Of a stretch of DNA of 64,000 bases, positions 25,633 through 38,610 are shown in pieces. The DNA comes from Macrostomum lignano (taxonomy: Eukaryota). The DNA lies in assembly GCA_002269645.1 (NCBI GenBank), contig NIVC01000043.1, forward strand, positions 109,086 to 173,085, read 5' to 3'. The notes beneath the pieces are model-generated. The model saw nothing but the letters and a program-made list of their open reading frames with translations, was not told the origin of the DNA and did not search any database. Within the stretch, counting starts at the first letter, position 1; the number at the start of each line of letters is the position of its first letter. The position numbers were made by a program, and so were the translations under genes.

Positions 25633-28600
25633 TCAACTGTTAAACCGATAGGCAGCGCCAGCCAAAGTGACGGATAGTATAACGCTAGCGGCAGCCCCCA
25701 ATAGCCAAGCGTGCCGGCGAATCCAGGAAACCTGCTGCTGCTGCAGCCGGCCCCTGCCACCGTTGTCGGGCCCGTCGCGCAGGCCTAGCATTTTCTTATA
25801 CATAGCCGTATTAGCAGCCTGTTGCCGCTTCAGCTCCAGTGTTGCCTTGGCAACCTCGTTCTGTACTAGACGCGAATCTGGGTCGCGTTCCAAAGCGGAG
25901 CGCAGCGAACGCAAGCCGTTGACTAGATCGCCTTTGCTAACTAAGGATTTGCCTTTGCGAAAATGAGCTTTAATATTGTCCGGCTGCAGGCCTAGCACGC
26001 TGTCGCAGGAAGCGATGGCGGCGTCGTAGGCTGAGATTTTCACCTGGGTTGCGGCTAAATTATTGTAGACCCGGACTCGAGCTTCTGACACGCCTGGTTC
26101 GTCCTGATTGAACCGAATTATTGGAGTTTTTATTTACGAGCCGTATAAGTTACATGGTTAGTGTTTTTAGGTGCGATTTCAAGTGTTGCTAGGGTCGATT
26201 CTCTGTGTTGTTAGGGTCAATTTTCTGTGTTGTTAGGGTCAATTTTCTGTGTTGCTAGGGTCGATTCTCTGTGTTGCTAGGGTCAATTCTCTGTGTTGCT
26301 AGGGTCGATTCTCTGTGTTGCTAGGGTCGATTCTCTGTGTTGCTAGGGTCGATTCTCTGTGTTGCTAGGGTCGATTCTCTGTGTTGCTAGGGTCAATTCT
26401 CTGTGTTGCTAGGGTCGATTCTCTGTGTTGCTAGGGTCGATTCTCTGTGTTGCTAGGGTCGATTCTCTGTGTTGCTAGGGTCGATAATCGGTGTCGCTAG
26501 CGGCAATTTTCTGTGTTTCTAGGGGCGATTTTCTGCTTTGCTAGGGGCGATTATCAGTGTTGTTAGGTGCGATCATTGTTACTAGGGTCACGTTTCTGGA
26601 GTTGTTAGGGTCATTTTGCAGTGTTATTAAGGGAATTTTCAGGTGTTGCTAAGGCCGATTTTTATTGTTGCTAGGGTCCATTCACGTGTTGCCAGGGCCA
26701 AGGGCCGAATTTCTTGGTTTTCTTTGGGCCGATCAATCGTGTTGCTAGGGGCGATTATTGGTGTTGCTAGAGGCACATTGTTGGTGTTCTATGACCAGCT
26801 GCAATAGGTGTTGCTGTGCGCGATTGTCGTTAAGGATAAGTTTTTGAATGTTGCTGTGATGATAAGGACAATTTCGGTGTTGCTAGGGCCGATTCTTGAT
26901 ATTGCTAAAGGCGCTGGTTTTGGCGTGGCTTCAAGTAAAGACATTTCCAAAAGCCGCCAAAGGAAGATTATTGCAAAATCGTTTTAAAGAGCGATTTTAA
27001 GAGCAAACGAGTGGCTGCTTTTGTAAGATTTATAGGTGAGGTACGTTTTTAAAATTATATAAATGTCCACTAAAGTAGCATAAGCAGACAGGTGAATTGA
27101 TTGTTTAACACTTAGGTCCACTTTTAAAAATTGCTATTTTTAGTATATAGGAAATAATATTGGCATGCTATTTAAGACTGCAGACACGGGCAAGTCGTCT
27201 TGAAGCCTCGGTAAGTCACGCCATAATGTAAAATCTACATGCAGCTAGTGCTCTAAGCAATAGTATTTCTTCATAAATCTAGAGGTAATTCTCGAAATTC
27301 CGCCAAGATGAAAGCCGGGGGGAATTCCTAAAACTACAGTAGGGAATTACTGAAACTACAATAGGGGAATTCTTAGAACAGTAGGAGAATATCTAAAACT
27401 AAAGTAAGGGAATCCTAAAACTGAAATAGGGGAATTCCTAAATCTACAATAGAATTCCTAATTGTACAGTAGGAGAATTCCTAAAACCTACAGTAGGGGA
27501 ATTCATAAACCTAAAATAGGGGAATTCCTAAATCTACAATAGGGAAATTCTTAGAACAGTAAGGGAATATCCTATATACTAAAAATGAGTTGCTTGTTTG
27601 TACGCAATCGATTAGAGAAAAAATGGCTGGACCGATTTTCTTCGAACTTGCACTGTTCCTAAATCTACAATAGGGAAATTCTTAGAACAGTAAGGGAATT
27701 TCTAAAACTAAAATAGTAGAATTCCTAAAACTACAGTAGGGAAATTCTTGAAACTAAAAAAGGGGAATTCTCAAAAATACAACTGGGGAATTACTGAAAC
27801 TACAGTAGGGGGTTCCTAAAGCTACAATAGGGGAATTTCTAAAACTACAGTAGGGGGTTCCTAAAGCTACAATAGGGGAATTCCTAAAACTACAGCAGGG
27901 GAAAACTTGAAATTCTCTAAATGAAGTCCATAAAAATCGATAAGACTATGAATGAAGGAATTGCCTGCTAAGGTACCCAGATCCTCTCACCTGACAATGC
28001 TCTTCTAGAATCTTAGCCGCTCTGCCGTAACAATTCACAGCTCCGGCAAAGTCTTCCCTATTAAACAGTTCGTTGCCCCGTTCGCGTTTTTTATCGGCAA
28101 TGCGAAGCGACTCGACTGGGCCTAGAGAGGCGTAGTCAATTGGGTCGTCAACTGATACCAGAGTTACTGTGCAGTGCAGCACAGAGCCAGGCGGTATAAC
28201 TACACCAGTGCTTGTCTTCACCTCGGCAGAGTAGCCGTAGGCGTATCGAGCCGAAGTGACTAAGCTGCATTGTTCGTCTAGTTCCATTAGTAGCACAGCA
28301 ATGTCCAGTGCTTGGATGTGATCGTATTCGCCAATGGATATTATCAGGCCCGATTCGGACTCGACAGGTGTGCCGTCTGGCAGGCTGGCTTCCAGTTTCA
28401 GCGTCACCTGCCGGGTTGCCAGTTGGAGATACAATAGTAGCTACAGACTCATTTGAGAAGCATGAGCAGATACGATTGTAGTAGAGGTTGGCAAATGTTT
28501 TTAATACAAAAATTCAGATAAATACGTTCGTAAACTAGCTCATGGTTTCGGGCCAGATGAGAGAGAGGAGAGAAAGGAAAAAAGAGAGAAAAAGAGAAGG

Positions 28601-31600
28601 GAGAAGAGTGGAGAGAAGAGAAGAGGAAAAAGGAGGAGAAGAAAGAAAAGAGAGAAAAGAGAGAAGATGGGAGAGGACGGGAAAGAAGAGAGAAGAGACA
28701 CAACCCTTAAGCCTTCAGAATTGCGATTGAATTGCTATTGTAAAGTTTTAAAGGACCCGACGGCCGATATAGAAAGGTCTTGCAGGTCACCTGAATGTCC
28801 CAATATTAGTGAAAATGTCCACCAAAAAGCATAGAACACAGGCAGACAGACTAAAATATTAAGCATTTACTACCTGTAATAATGGGTTCTGTGCTTTAAA
28901 GTGAGCACAATATAGGCGTATTAATGAAGGCTGCAGACACTGTCACAATTGTATAGTCTTATAGCCTTAGTAAGTAACGCCAATTTAAATACTTTGAGTC
29001 AGTCAGACACTCTTATGAATCAATTAGTCAGGCAACAATGAATGCGCAAGTCAGACAGGCATGAATGAATCCGTCAGACAGTCATGAATGAATCCGTCAG
29101 ACAGTCATGAATGAATCCGTCAATCAGTCATGAATGAATCCGTCAGACAGTCATGAATGAATCCGTCAGACAGTCATGAATGAATCCGTCAGACAGTCAT
29201 GAATGAATCCGTCAGACAGTCATGAATAAACCAGTCAGACAGGCATGAATGAATCCGTCAGACAGTCATGAATAAACCAGTCAGACAGTCATGAATAAAC
29301 CAGTCAGACAGGCATGAATGAATCCGTCAGACAGTCATGAATAAACCGGTCAGACAGTCATGAATAAACCGGTCAGACAGTCATGAATGAATCCGTCAGA
29401 CAGTCATGAATAAACCGGTCAGACAGTCATGAATTAATCCGTCAGACAGTCATGAATAAACCAGTCAGACAGGCATGAATGAATCCGTCACAGTCATGAA
29501 TAAACCGGTCAGAGAGTCATGAATTAATCCGTCAGACAGTCATGAATAAACCAGTCAGACAGGCATGAATGAATCCGTCAGACAGTAATGAATAAACCGG
29601 TCAGACAGTCATGAATGAATCCGTCAGACAGTCATGAATAAACCGGTCAGACAGTCATGAATTAATCCGTCAGACAGTCATGAATAAACCGGTCAGACAG
29701 TCATGAATGAATCCGTCAGACAGTAATGAATTAATCCGTCAGACAGTCATGAATAAACCAGTCAGACAGGCATGAATGTGTCAGATAGTTAGTTATGTGT
29801 ATGGCTTGGCTAGGTCTCTCAGTTATTATTATTTGTTTATTTTTTAGTTCTAGTGCACATTTGCCACCCCAGTGTCGGGGGGGGGGGGGTTTGGAGTTGG
29901 TTATTTACTCTCTCTCTCTCTGTGTGTTGTTCAGTCACCCACCCCTAATCTGTCTGTGCTGAGTCAGTAAATCAATATAAATAAATACAACACCGCGCGT
30001 GGAGAGTTCCACGTGTCCTTCCTTTTCTACTTCTAACTACAATCACTCGGCTCATAACTTCACATTGGCGACGAGAAAATGGCTACAACTGGTAGAATTC
30101 CAGAACTCTCTGCAAACTCTGACATTGAGGTATACCTAGAGAGGCTCGAACAATTTTTCATCTGTAAAGAAGTCCGAGACGAGGCGAAGGTCGCCACGCT
30201 GGTGACCGCCATCGGAGAAGACGCTTACAAGGTTCTTCGGAATCTGTGCCTGCCGGAAACGGTGACCTCCAAGTCATACTCAGACTTAGCTGCGGTCTTG
30301 AGGGCACATTACTCTCCCAAGACGTCAACGTTATCCGCCAGATTCCGCTTTCAACAGCGCGTGCAGAAGCCCGGCGAGAGTCTCGCGGACTTTATTGCTG
30401 GCCTAAAGGCTGCCTCGGAGCATTGCAAATTTGAGTTCACTCTGGACGGGTCAGACGGATCCCACTGCATCAGCACTCTGGACGAGAGACTGCGCGACCA
30501 GTTTGTCTTCGGTCTCCGCAGTGACGTGCACCGTGCAAAGCTGCTGGAGATCGAACAGCCCGACTTCAAGACGCTCGTGGCCAGAGTCAACGCATTGGAG
30601 GCAGCGGAGAAGTCGTCGTCGGAGATGGCGCACCGTGCTGAAGCAGTCGCCCACCTGCGTCTCCACAAGAAGCCCGCTGCGCCCAAAGAGCTCAACAAAT
30701 TCAACAAGCAGGCTCCCCGGCAGCCGCCCGGAGCTCAAGCCATCGCTATGCGGGCAGCTGCTGCCTCAGGCGCGTGTGCAAGCTGCGGCGGCGCCCACAG
30801 TCGGCAGCAGTGCAAGCTTCGTGAGGCCAAGTGCCATAACTGCGGCAAAGTCGGGCACATCCGCAAGGTGTGCAGGTCTTCAAAGCTGCACAAGCTGGAC
30901 CCAGAGCCGGCTGAGCTGCAGGAGCCCCTCTTCAGCATTAGGCAGAGCGGATCGAGCAAGGGTCTGGCGGTCGAGCTGCTGCTCCAAGGCAAGCCATGTC
31001 GCTTCGAGGTGGATACCGGCTCCGCCCTCACCGTCATCCCGAAGAGTCTCCAAGAGGATGTCCTGCCGGGTCTCCATCTGTCGCCGACATCCACGGTGCT
31101 GCGCACCTACACGGGCGAGAGCTTTCGACCCATCGGACAGGCAGAGGTCGCGGTTCAGCATAATGGCCAAGATCGGCGGTTGACGCTGCTTGTGGTCGAG
31201 CAAGGCGATGTCGCACTATTGGGTCGCGACTGGCTGACGCAGCTGAGATTGGACTGGCCGACGATCCTTGGTCAGGTCAACTCAGTGACCGGACAAGCAG
31301 CTGATCTGCTCGCGCAGTTCCCCGAGGTCTTCCAAGGCGGCCTTGGCACCTATCGGCACGGCGAGGTGAAACTGCACATGCCGACTGAGGCGAAGCCGCG
31401 CTTTTTCAAGGCCAGACCGGTCCCCTATGCACTCCGGGAGCGCGTCGATCAGGAACTTCGACGGATGGAGACTGACGGCATCATCACGCCAGTCAAACAT
31501 TCCGACTGGGCTGCGCCAATTGTGCCTGTTGTCAAGAAGGACGGTTCGGTGAGGATCTGCGGCGACTACAAGCTCACCTACAACGCAGAGTCCAGGCCGG

Positions 31601-34600
31601 AGCTGTACCCACTGCCGCGCATTGAGGACTTATTTGCAAAGCTGGGTGGCGGCTGCAAATGGTCCAAGCTGGACATGTCAAACGCCTTCCTGCAGCTGCC
31701 ATTGTCTGAGGACAGCAAGCCCTTCTTGACCATCAACACGCAGCGAGGCCTGTACCAGCTGAACCGCATGCCGTTCGGCATCAACTGCGCCAGTGCGGTA
31801 TTCCAGCGCACTCTAGACTCGCTGCTCGGTGACCTAGAGTCTGTGCAAGTCTTTGTGGACGACATCCTGGTGACGGACAAGACGCTGCAGCATCATTGCG
31901 AGAATCTTATCAAGGTCCTTCAGCGCCTACGGGAGGAGGGCCTACGGCTGAACAAAGACAAGTGCGAGTTGTTCCGCGATTCGGTCGAGTATCTGGGCCA
32001 CCGGATCGACAGCAACGGGCTGCGGCCGCTGACAGAGAAGGTGAAGGCGGTGCAGAACGCCCCGCCACCCCCAGACTGCAGTCAACTCCGAGCTTATTTG
32101 GGCATGTTGACGCACTACGGCAAATTTCTGCCTCATCTGTCCACGGTGATCGCTCCCCTGAATCAGCTGCTGACTAAGAACGCGCGCTGGACGTGGGGGG
32201 AGCCTCAGCAGATAGCCTTCGAGAAGTCCAAGCGTCTTCTGCTCGAGTCTCCGGTGCTGATGCATTATGACGCCAAGCTGCCGCTGCGGCTAGAGTGCGA
32301 CGCCAGCCCCTATGGTCTCGGCGTGGTGCTGACGCACCGAGTGGACGGCCAGGACCGAGCCATTGCCTTCGCCAGTCGCAGCCTGACGACGGCTCAAAAG
32401 GGCTACTCGCAGTTAGACAAGGAGGCGCTAGCGATCGTGTTCGGCCTCCAGCGCTTCAATCAGTTCCTCCAAGGCCACAAGTTCGTCATCGTGACCGACC
32501 ACAAGCCGCTCCTGCTCCTGCTCTGTGATCGATTCCAGAGCACGCGGCGGCTCGCATGCAGCGCTGGGCGATCCGTTTGGCCGGTTACGACTACTCGCTG
32601 GAGTTCCGGCCCACCAGCAAGCACGCCAACTGCGACTCTGTCCCGGCTGCCATTGCCGAGGCAGTTTGAGGAAGAGCCGGCCGTCAACGCCCTGCTACTG
32701 GATGAGGAGACCGGGTCCGCCATAACGGCTCAGGCGGTCGCGCGCAGCACTCGCTCGGATGCCATTCTCGGCCGGGTGCTTCGCTGTCTGCAGACTGGCG
32801 CGCCAATGGCTGGCGCCGATCTCATCGACTTCTCGAGGCGCCAGGACGAGCTGAGCGTTGAACAGGGCTGCGTGCTGTGGGGCGCCCGCGTCGTGGTGCC
32901 CGCGGTTCTGCGACAAGGCGTGCTGGACGAGCTGCACCAGGCGCATCCCGGCATCAACCGCATGCGAGCGCTAGCCCGCAGCTACGTCTGGTGGCCCGGC
33001 CTGGACGAGCAGCTTGCGTTGACCGTCAAGTCATGCCGGACCTGCATGCTGAACCAGGCTGACCCGCCCAAGGCGCCGGTGCAACCGTGGCCGTTTCCTG
33101 CTGAACCTTGGGCGAGGCTGCACCTGGACTTCGCCGGCCCCGTTAACGGTCGCACGTACCTGGTCATCGTGGACGCCTTCAGCAAGTGGCCGGAGGTTCA
33201 TCAGGTGCACAGCGTTACGTCTGCTGCCACCATCGAGCGACTCCGCGAGGTCTTCGCCAGACTGGGCATTCCCGGGTGTTGGTCTCCGACAACGGCACGC
33301 AGTTCACCTCCGCGGAGTTCGGCGAGTTCACAAGGCGCAACGACATTCGGCATGTTTTCTCGGCGCCGTTCCATCCGGCAACGAACGGCCAAGCGGAGAG
33401 GTTCGTTCAGGTGCTCAAGCGACATCTGCTCAAGAGCGGGCACTCGACGGCGGCACTGCAGCAGATGCTGCTGTCCTACCGCAACACGCCGCACTCGATC
33501 ACCGGCGAAGCTCCCAGCCAGCTGCTCATCGGCCGCAGACTGCGCAGTCGGCTGGACCTGCTGATGCCATCGCTGACGAGCAGCATGCAGCAGCACCAAG
33601 AGCGGCAGGTCGAGCAGCAGCCGCATGCGCGCGAGTTTCAAGTCGGCGACCGAGTTCTACTGCGCGACTTCAGCTCCAACGCTAGGGCTGGCGGCGGCAC
33701 CCGCTGGGCGGCGGGCAGCGTCGTGTCCGCTGGATCCCGCAACTGTGACGTTGAGGTCGGCGGTGCTCTCCATCGGCGGCACACGGACCAGCTGCTGACG
33801 AGCTCGCTGCCAGAGGCCGACCCGGTGACGCCGGCCGCTGTCTCCGATGAACCGCATTCGCTGCCCACTGAGCAAAGCGAAGGCGACGGCGGCAATGACG
33901 CGCCGCAGGATGACGCGGCCACCGCCGCCGCTGACCGGCCGAGCAGTCCGGCGAGGCGCTACCCGCAGCGTCGGAGGCAGCCACCTGAACGCCTGCAACT
34001 TTGATCCTGAATTTGAACTGACTCTGACTTCGAACGAACTTTGCTAGGGGATGTTTCGAACTTTAGGGGGGAGATGTCAGATAGTTAGTTATGTGTATGG
34101 CTTGGCTAGGTCTCTCAGTTAGTTATTATTATTTGTTTATTTTTTAGTTCTAGTGCACTTTTGCCACCCCAGTGTCGGGGGGGGGGTTTGGAGTTGGTTA
34201 TTTACTCTCTCTCTCTCTGTGTGTGTTGTTCAGTCACCCACCCCTAATCTCTGTCTGTGCTGAGTCAGTAAATCAATATAAATAAATACAACACCGCGCG
34301 TGGAGAGTTCCACGTGTCCTTCCTTTTCTACTTCTAACTACAATCACTCGGCTCATAACTTCACAGAATGAATCCGTCAGACAGTCATGAATAAACCGGT
34401 CAGACAGCCATGAACTACGCCAGTCAGTCACCTGATCTCCAGACTGCGGTCTCGAGTCGCGCCCCCGCCCTTCGACAAGGGTTTTCTTCCACAGGCGCTG
34501 ATTGCCCAGCACGTCGGTGTAGCCGTCATCCGGCGGCTGGACGGTTTCGCTCTGCAGGTCGGCACCGTCGCCCGCAGTGGGCAGCTCAGTCAGCACCGTT

Positions 34601-34617
34601 GCTTCACCGTGTGGCAT
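25633..34617 (-). CDS. FKBP8: FKBP8/FKBP38 (FKBP domain, TPR repeats, C-terminal TM), 3 exons, 357 aa
   Basis: Exons 34617-34432, 28407-27991 and 26103-25633, all phase 0. Motifs DVLGNQRLWKKTL...GDQ|VTL, IQALDIAVLLM, KRERGN, NNLAA...QPDNIKAHFRKGK, MYKKMLG and a hydrophobic tail. Confidence 0.92.
26170..26900. repeat. 22-bp tandem repeat with a decay gradient (FKBP8 intron 2)
   Basis: Unit GTGTTGCTAGGGTCGATTCTCT; homogeneous at left, degenerate at right. Confidence 0.9.
27315..27900. repeat. ~23-bp degenerate tandem repeat (FKBP8 intron 2)
   Basis: Consensus GGGAATTCCTAAAACTACAGTAG. Confidence 0.8.
29040..29778. repeat. 23-bp tandem repeat (FKBP8 intron 1), split by the LTR insertion and resuming at 34366-34415
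   Basis: Unit GTCAGACAGTCATGAAT(GAATCC/AAACCG). Confidence 0.93.
29779..34365 (+). mobile_element. Full-length Ty3/gypsy LTR retrotransposon (Mag-like)
   Basis: LTRs at 29779-30064 and 34075-34365 (TG...CA, near-identical). 5-bp TSD GAATG at 29774-29778 and 34366-34370. PBS TGGCGACGAG at 30066-30075; polypurine tract TTAGGGGGGAGA before the 3' LTR. Confidence 0.96.
30079..34004 (+). CDS. Gag-Pol polyprotein (two Cys-His knuckles, PR, RT, RNase H, IN) with three apparent frameshifts
   Basis: CASCGGAHSRQQC and CHNCGKVGHIRKVC; DTGS protease; FVDD reverse transcriptase; DASPYGLG and TDHKPL RNase H; HHCC plus LDFAGP, SDNG and QAERF integrase. Frame changes near 32540, 32635 and 33272. Confidence 0.92.
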
Positions 34618-34867
34618 GGAAAACGCTCGATTAATTGTTCAATTAAATAAAGTTCAATCACAATATGAGAGTCAAGTTAGAACTCAGACTGCAGCCTGCG
34701 GATGTCGACTACAGCATGCATGAGTTTTAAATACGAAATTGTAGCATGAGAGAATCATCAAGCATTAGAATAGCAGTTGAATATTTAATTGACTTATTAA
34801 TTTTTGATACATAACTGTCAGCTGATGGACTCTGTACAGAGGAACGCATATCTGTACTGTACACAAA

Positions 34868-35083
34868 GAAAGACAGACAGACAGACAGACAGACAAGACA
34901 CAGATAGACAAACAGACAAGACACAGATAGACAAACAGACAAGACACAGATAGACAAACAGACAAGACACAGATAGACAGACAGACAAGACACAGATAGA
35001 CAGACAGACAAGACACAGATAGACAAACAGACAAGACACAGACAGACAAACAGACAAGACACAGACAGACAAACAGACAAGAC

Positions 35084-35126
<43 letters not shown>

Positions 35127-35291
35127 AGACACCGATAGACAAACAGACAAGACACAGATAGACAAACAGACAAGACACAGACAGACAAACAGACAAGACA
35201 CAGACAGACAAACAGACAAGACACAGATAGACAAACAGACAAGACACAGATAGACAAACAGACAAGACACAGATAGACAAACAGACAAGAC

Positions 35292-35334
<43 letters not shown>

Positions 35335-35499
35335 AGACACCGATAGACAAACAGACAAGACACAGATAGACAAACAGACAAGACACAGATAGACAAACAG
35401 ACAAGACACAGATAGACAAACAGACAAGACACAGACAGACAAACAGACAAGACACAGACAGACAAACAGACAAGACACAGATAGACAAACAGACAAGAC

Positions 35500-35567
<68 letters not shown>

Positions 35568-35776
35568 GACACCGATAGACAAACAGACAAGACACAGATA
35601 GACAAACAGACAAGACACAGACAGACAGACAGACAAACAGACAAGACACAGATAGACAAACAGACAAGACACAGATAGACAAACAGACAAGACACAGACA
35701 GACAGATAGACAAACAGACAAGACACCGATAGACAAACAGACAAGACACAGATAGACAAACAGACAAGACACAGAC

Positions 35777-35838
<62 letters not shown>

Positions 35839-36045
35839 CACCGATAGACAAACAGACAAGACACAGATAGACAAACAGACAAGACACAGACAGACAAACA
35901 GACAAGACACCGATAGACAAACAGACAAGACACAGATAGACAAACAGACAAGACACAGACAGACAGACAGACATACAAACAGACAGACAGACAGACAGAC
36001 ATACAAACAGACAGACAGACAGACACAGACAGACAGAGAAACGGC
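34868..36045. repeat. AGAC-derived compound microsatellite with a 23-bp unit
   Basis: Unit AGACAAGACACAGATAGACAAAC interleaved with (AGAC)n. Confidence 0.95.
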
Positions 36046-37194
36046 ATGAAACAAATAAAACGTAAGCCGGACTGCTAGAGACAAATTAACGCACCTACAA
36101 CAAACTATGAGCCACAAAAAGCCACAAAAAGAAGCAAGAATCTAAACAAGAACTGAGTAGCACAAAGATGGCATTCTACGGGAAAATTGTGTATTTTTGT
36201 AAAAAAAAAAGCAAAAAAGCATCAACTAATACTGATCGAAGAGTGCGGAATTCAAACATCAAATGAGATTAAAATGAAACTACAGAACAATAAAAAAGTC
36301 GCTACAAAAAATCAAATGAAGACTAATATATTTGCATTCGCTAGACTTCGCAATACTGAAGTTGAAAATTCGCCTTACATACTACTAACAGCTGCGCTGA
36401 AAATCTGAGAGAACATGCAAGGATTGTTTTGTGAGATTAAAAATCAGCTCATTATAAAATAGCAGAAGAAATACGATTGTAAATATGGAAAACAAGATGA
36501 ATAATAAATTCAAAGCACCGTGCAACAAATTTCTCTTATGGATTGAGTGTAAATACTACTGCTATGAAGTAGGAGGAAAAAATATGGCACACCATTTTTA
36601 ATATACTCGTAAAACAAATTTAATCACAATTTCTTGAACGAAAAGAAAATTCGTAATTAAAAACTTTTTAAAAATCAAATCACCTTGATCTCTAATTAGT
36701 ATGTCAGTGTGGAAACTTTTATGATATTGCAAACTCCAATCAAATATTTGATTAATCAATCCATCAATGTACCCGTGTTGATATCTACTCGTACTTATCT
36801 ATCCATTATATCTGATCTCTATCAATACATTAATACGTCAAAGTATCAAGATATCAACGTATCAAGCTATCAATTCATCAGTCTATCAAGCTATCAATCT
36901 ATCAAGTTATAAATCTAACAGGGTAGAATTCTAATATCTATTAAGCTATATAAATATATCTATAGCTGGATGTTCTGTCTTTTTAAACACACATCTGAAA
37001 TCAGAACAAAAATAAAAATCAACCACCTCATTAAAGAAGTACATGTTATATCGCAATAAAAGCAATCAGCTATAATACTAGGATTAAAAACGTGCTAAAT
37101 CAAAAGCCAGCGCAACTAGCTATGAAGCTAAAAATGGTATTGTTTATCGCTGCGCGCTCAGCAATATTAAATGAAAGCGCGCACGGAACGCGAT

Positions 37195-37668
37195 TCACTC
37201 CTTAGACGTAGCAGGCAGCGGCGGAGGCACAACAATAGTAGTGGTATTGGCGTGCTGCAGCACGTAATCAACTACGCTGCCTAAGAAGGCGCGTCTAAGC
37301 GCGCTTAAGCCTCGACTGCCAATGACGATGACGTCAACTGCCTGCTCCTCGGCGATCTCCACGAGGGCCGGGCCGGCGCCGTGGGTCAGGCGTTCCAGGA
37401 AACGCGGCTGTGGCTTCACTCCCATCTCTGTGCAACGCTGGCGCACTTCAGCTGCCATTAGTTTTCCCCTAGCAACGGCATGATTGACACCTTCGGCGAA
37501 TAGTTCGGAGGAGCCGACTCCTGCGCCGCCGTATGTAATGGCTGGCGGCTCGGCTATGTAAGCGAAAATGAGCGAATCGGCTGGGTTGTTCATTTTGTCG
37601 GCGTACCAGCGCAGCGCTCGATAGCTGTGCTCGCTGGCGTCCATTGGGATGAGGATTTTGCGGACCAT
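37195..37668 (-). CDS. Universal stress protein A-domain protein (copy 1), 157 aa
   Basis: MVRKILIPMDASEHSYRAL...GPALVEIA...DVIVIGSRGLSALRRAFLGSVVDYVLQHA, containing the G-2x-G-9x-GS motif. CTAACAG acceptor shortly upstream. Confidence 0.9.
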   Translation of the reverse strand: MVRKILIPMDASEHSYRALRWYADKMNNPADSLIFAYIAEPPAITYGGAGVGSSELFAEGVNHAVARGKLMAAEVRQRCTEMGVKPQPRFLERLTHGAGPALVEIAEEQAVDVIVIGSRGLSALRRAFLGSVVDYVLQHANTTTIVVPPPLPATSKE

Positions 37669-37774
37669 ATTGTTGCTTTTATTGCTGCTGTTAGAACATG
37701 CATATAAGTGCATTTGTAATGGTAACTTAGCTTGGTAGTGCAGAGATTAGTAAAGGTGTTTTAATTAGGATTTG

Positions 37775-38610
37775 GCTGTCCATGGGATCACTGAGAATTC
37801 TGGCATTGGGTGTCCATGAGATCACTGAGGATTCTGGCATTGGGTGTCCATGGGATCACTGAGGATTCTGATGATCTAGCATTGGGTGTCCATGGGATCA
37901 CTGAGGATTCTGGCATTGGGTGTCCATGGGATCACTGAGGATTCTGATGATCTAGCATTGGGTGTCCATGGGATCACTGAGGATTCTGGCATTGGGTGTC
38001 CATGGGATTCTGAGGATTCTGACATTGGGTGTCCATGGGATCCTGAGGATTCTGGCATTGGGTGTCCATGGGATCCTGAGGATTCTGGCATTGGGTGTCC
38101 ATGGGATCCTGAGGATTCTGGCATTGGGTGTCCATGGGATCACTGAGGATTCTGGCATTGGGTGTCCATGGGATCCTGAGGATTCTGGCATTGGGTGTCC
38201 ATGGGATCACTGAGGATTCTGGCATTGGGTGTCCATGGGATCCTGAGGATTCTGGCATTGGGTGTCCATGGGATCCTGAGGATTCTGGCATTGGGTGTCC
38301 ATGGGATCCTGAGGATTCTGGCATTGGGTGTCCATGGGATCACTGAGGATTCTGGCATTGGGTGTCCATGGGATCACTGAGGATTCTGATGATCTAACAT
38401 TGGGTGTCCATGGGATCACTGAGGATTCTGGCATTGGGTGTCCATGGGATCACTGAGAATTCTGGCATTGGGTGTCCATGGGATCCCTGAGGATTCTGGC
38501 ATTGGGTGTCCATGGGATCCCTGAGGATTCTGGCATTGGGTGTCCTTGGGATCACTGAGGATTCTGAGGATTTTGGCATCAGGTGTCCATGGATCACTGA
38601 TGGTTCTGGA
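37775..38610. repeat. 33/34-bp tandem repeat
   Basis: Unit GGATTCTGGCATTGGGTGTCCATGGGATC(C/AC)TGA. Confidence 0.95.

Noticed and set aside
32500-33300. Programmed ribosomal frameshifting in the retroelement
   Set aside because: The shifts fall inside RNase H and integrase rather than at the gag-pol junction, and there are no slippery heptamers.
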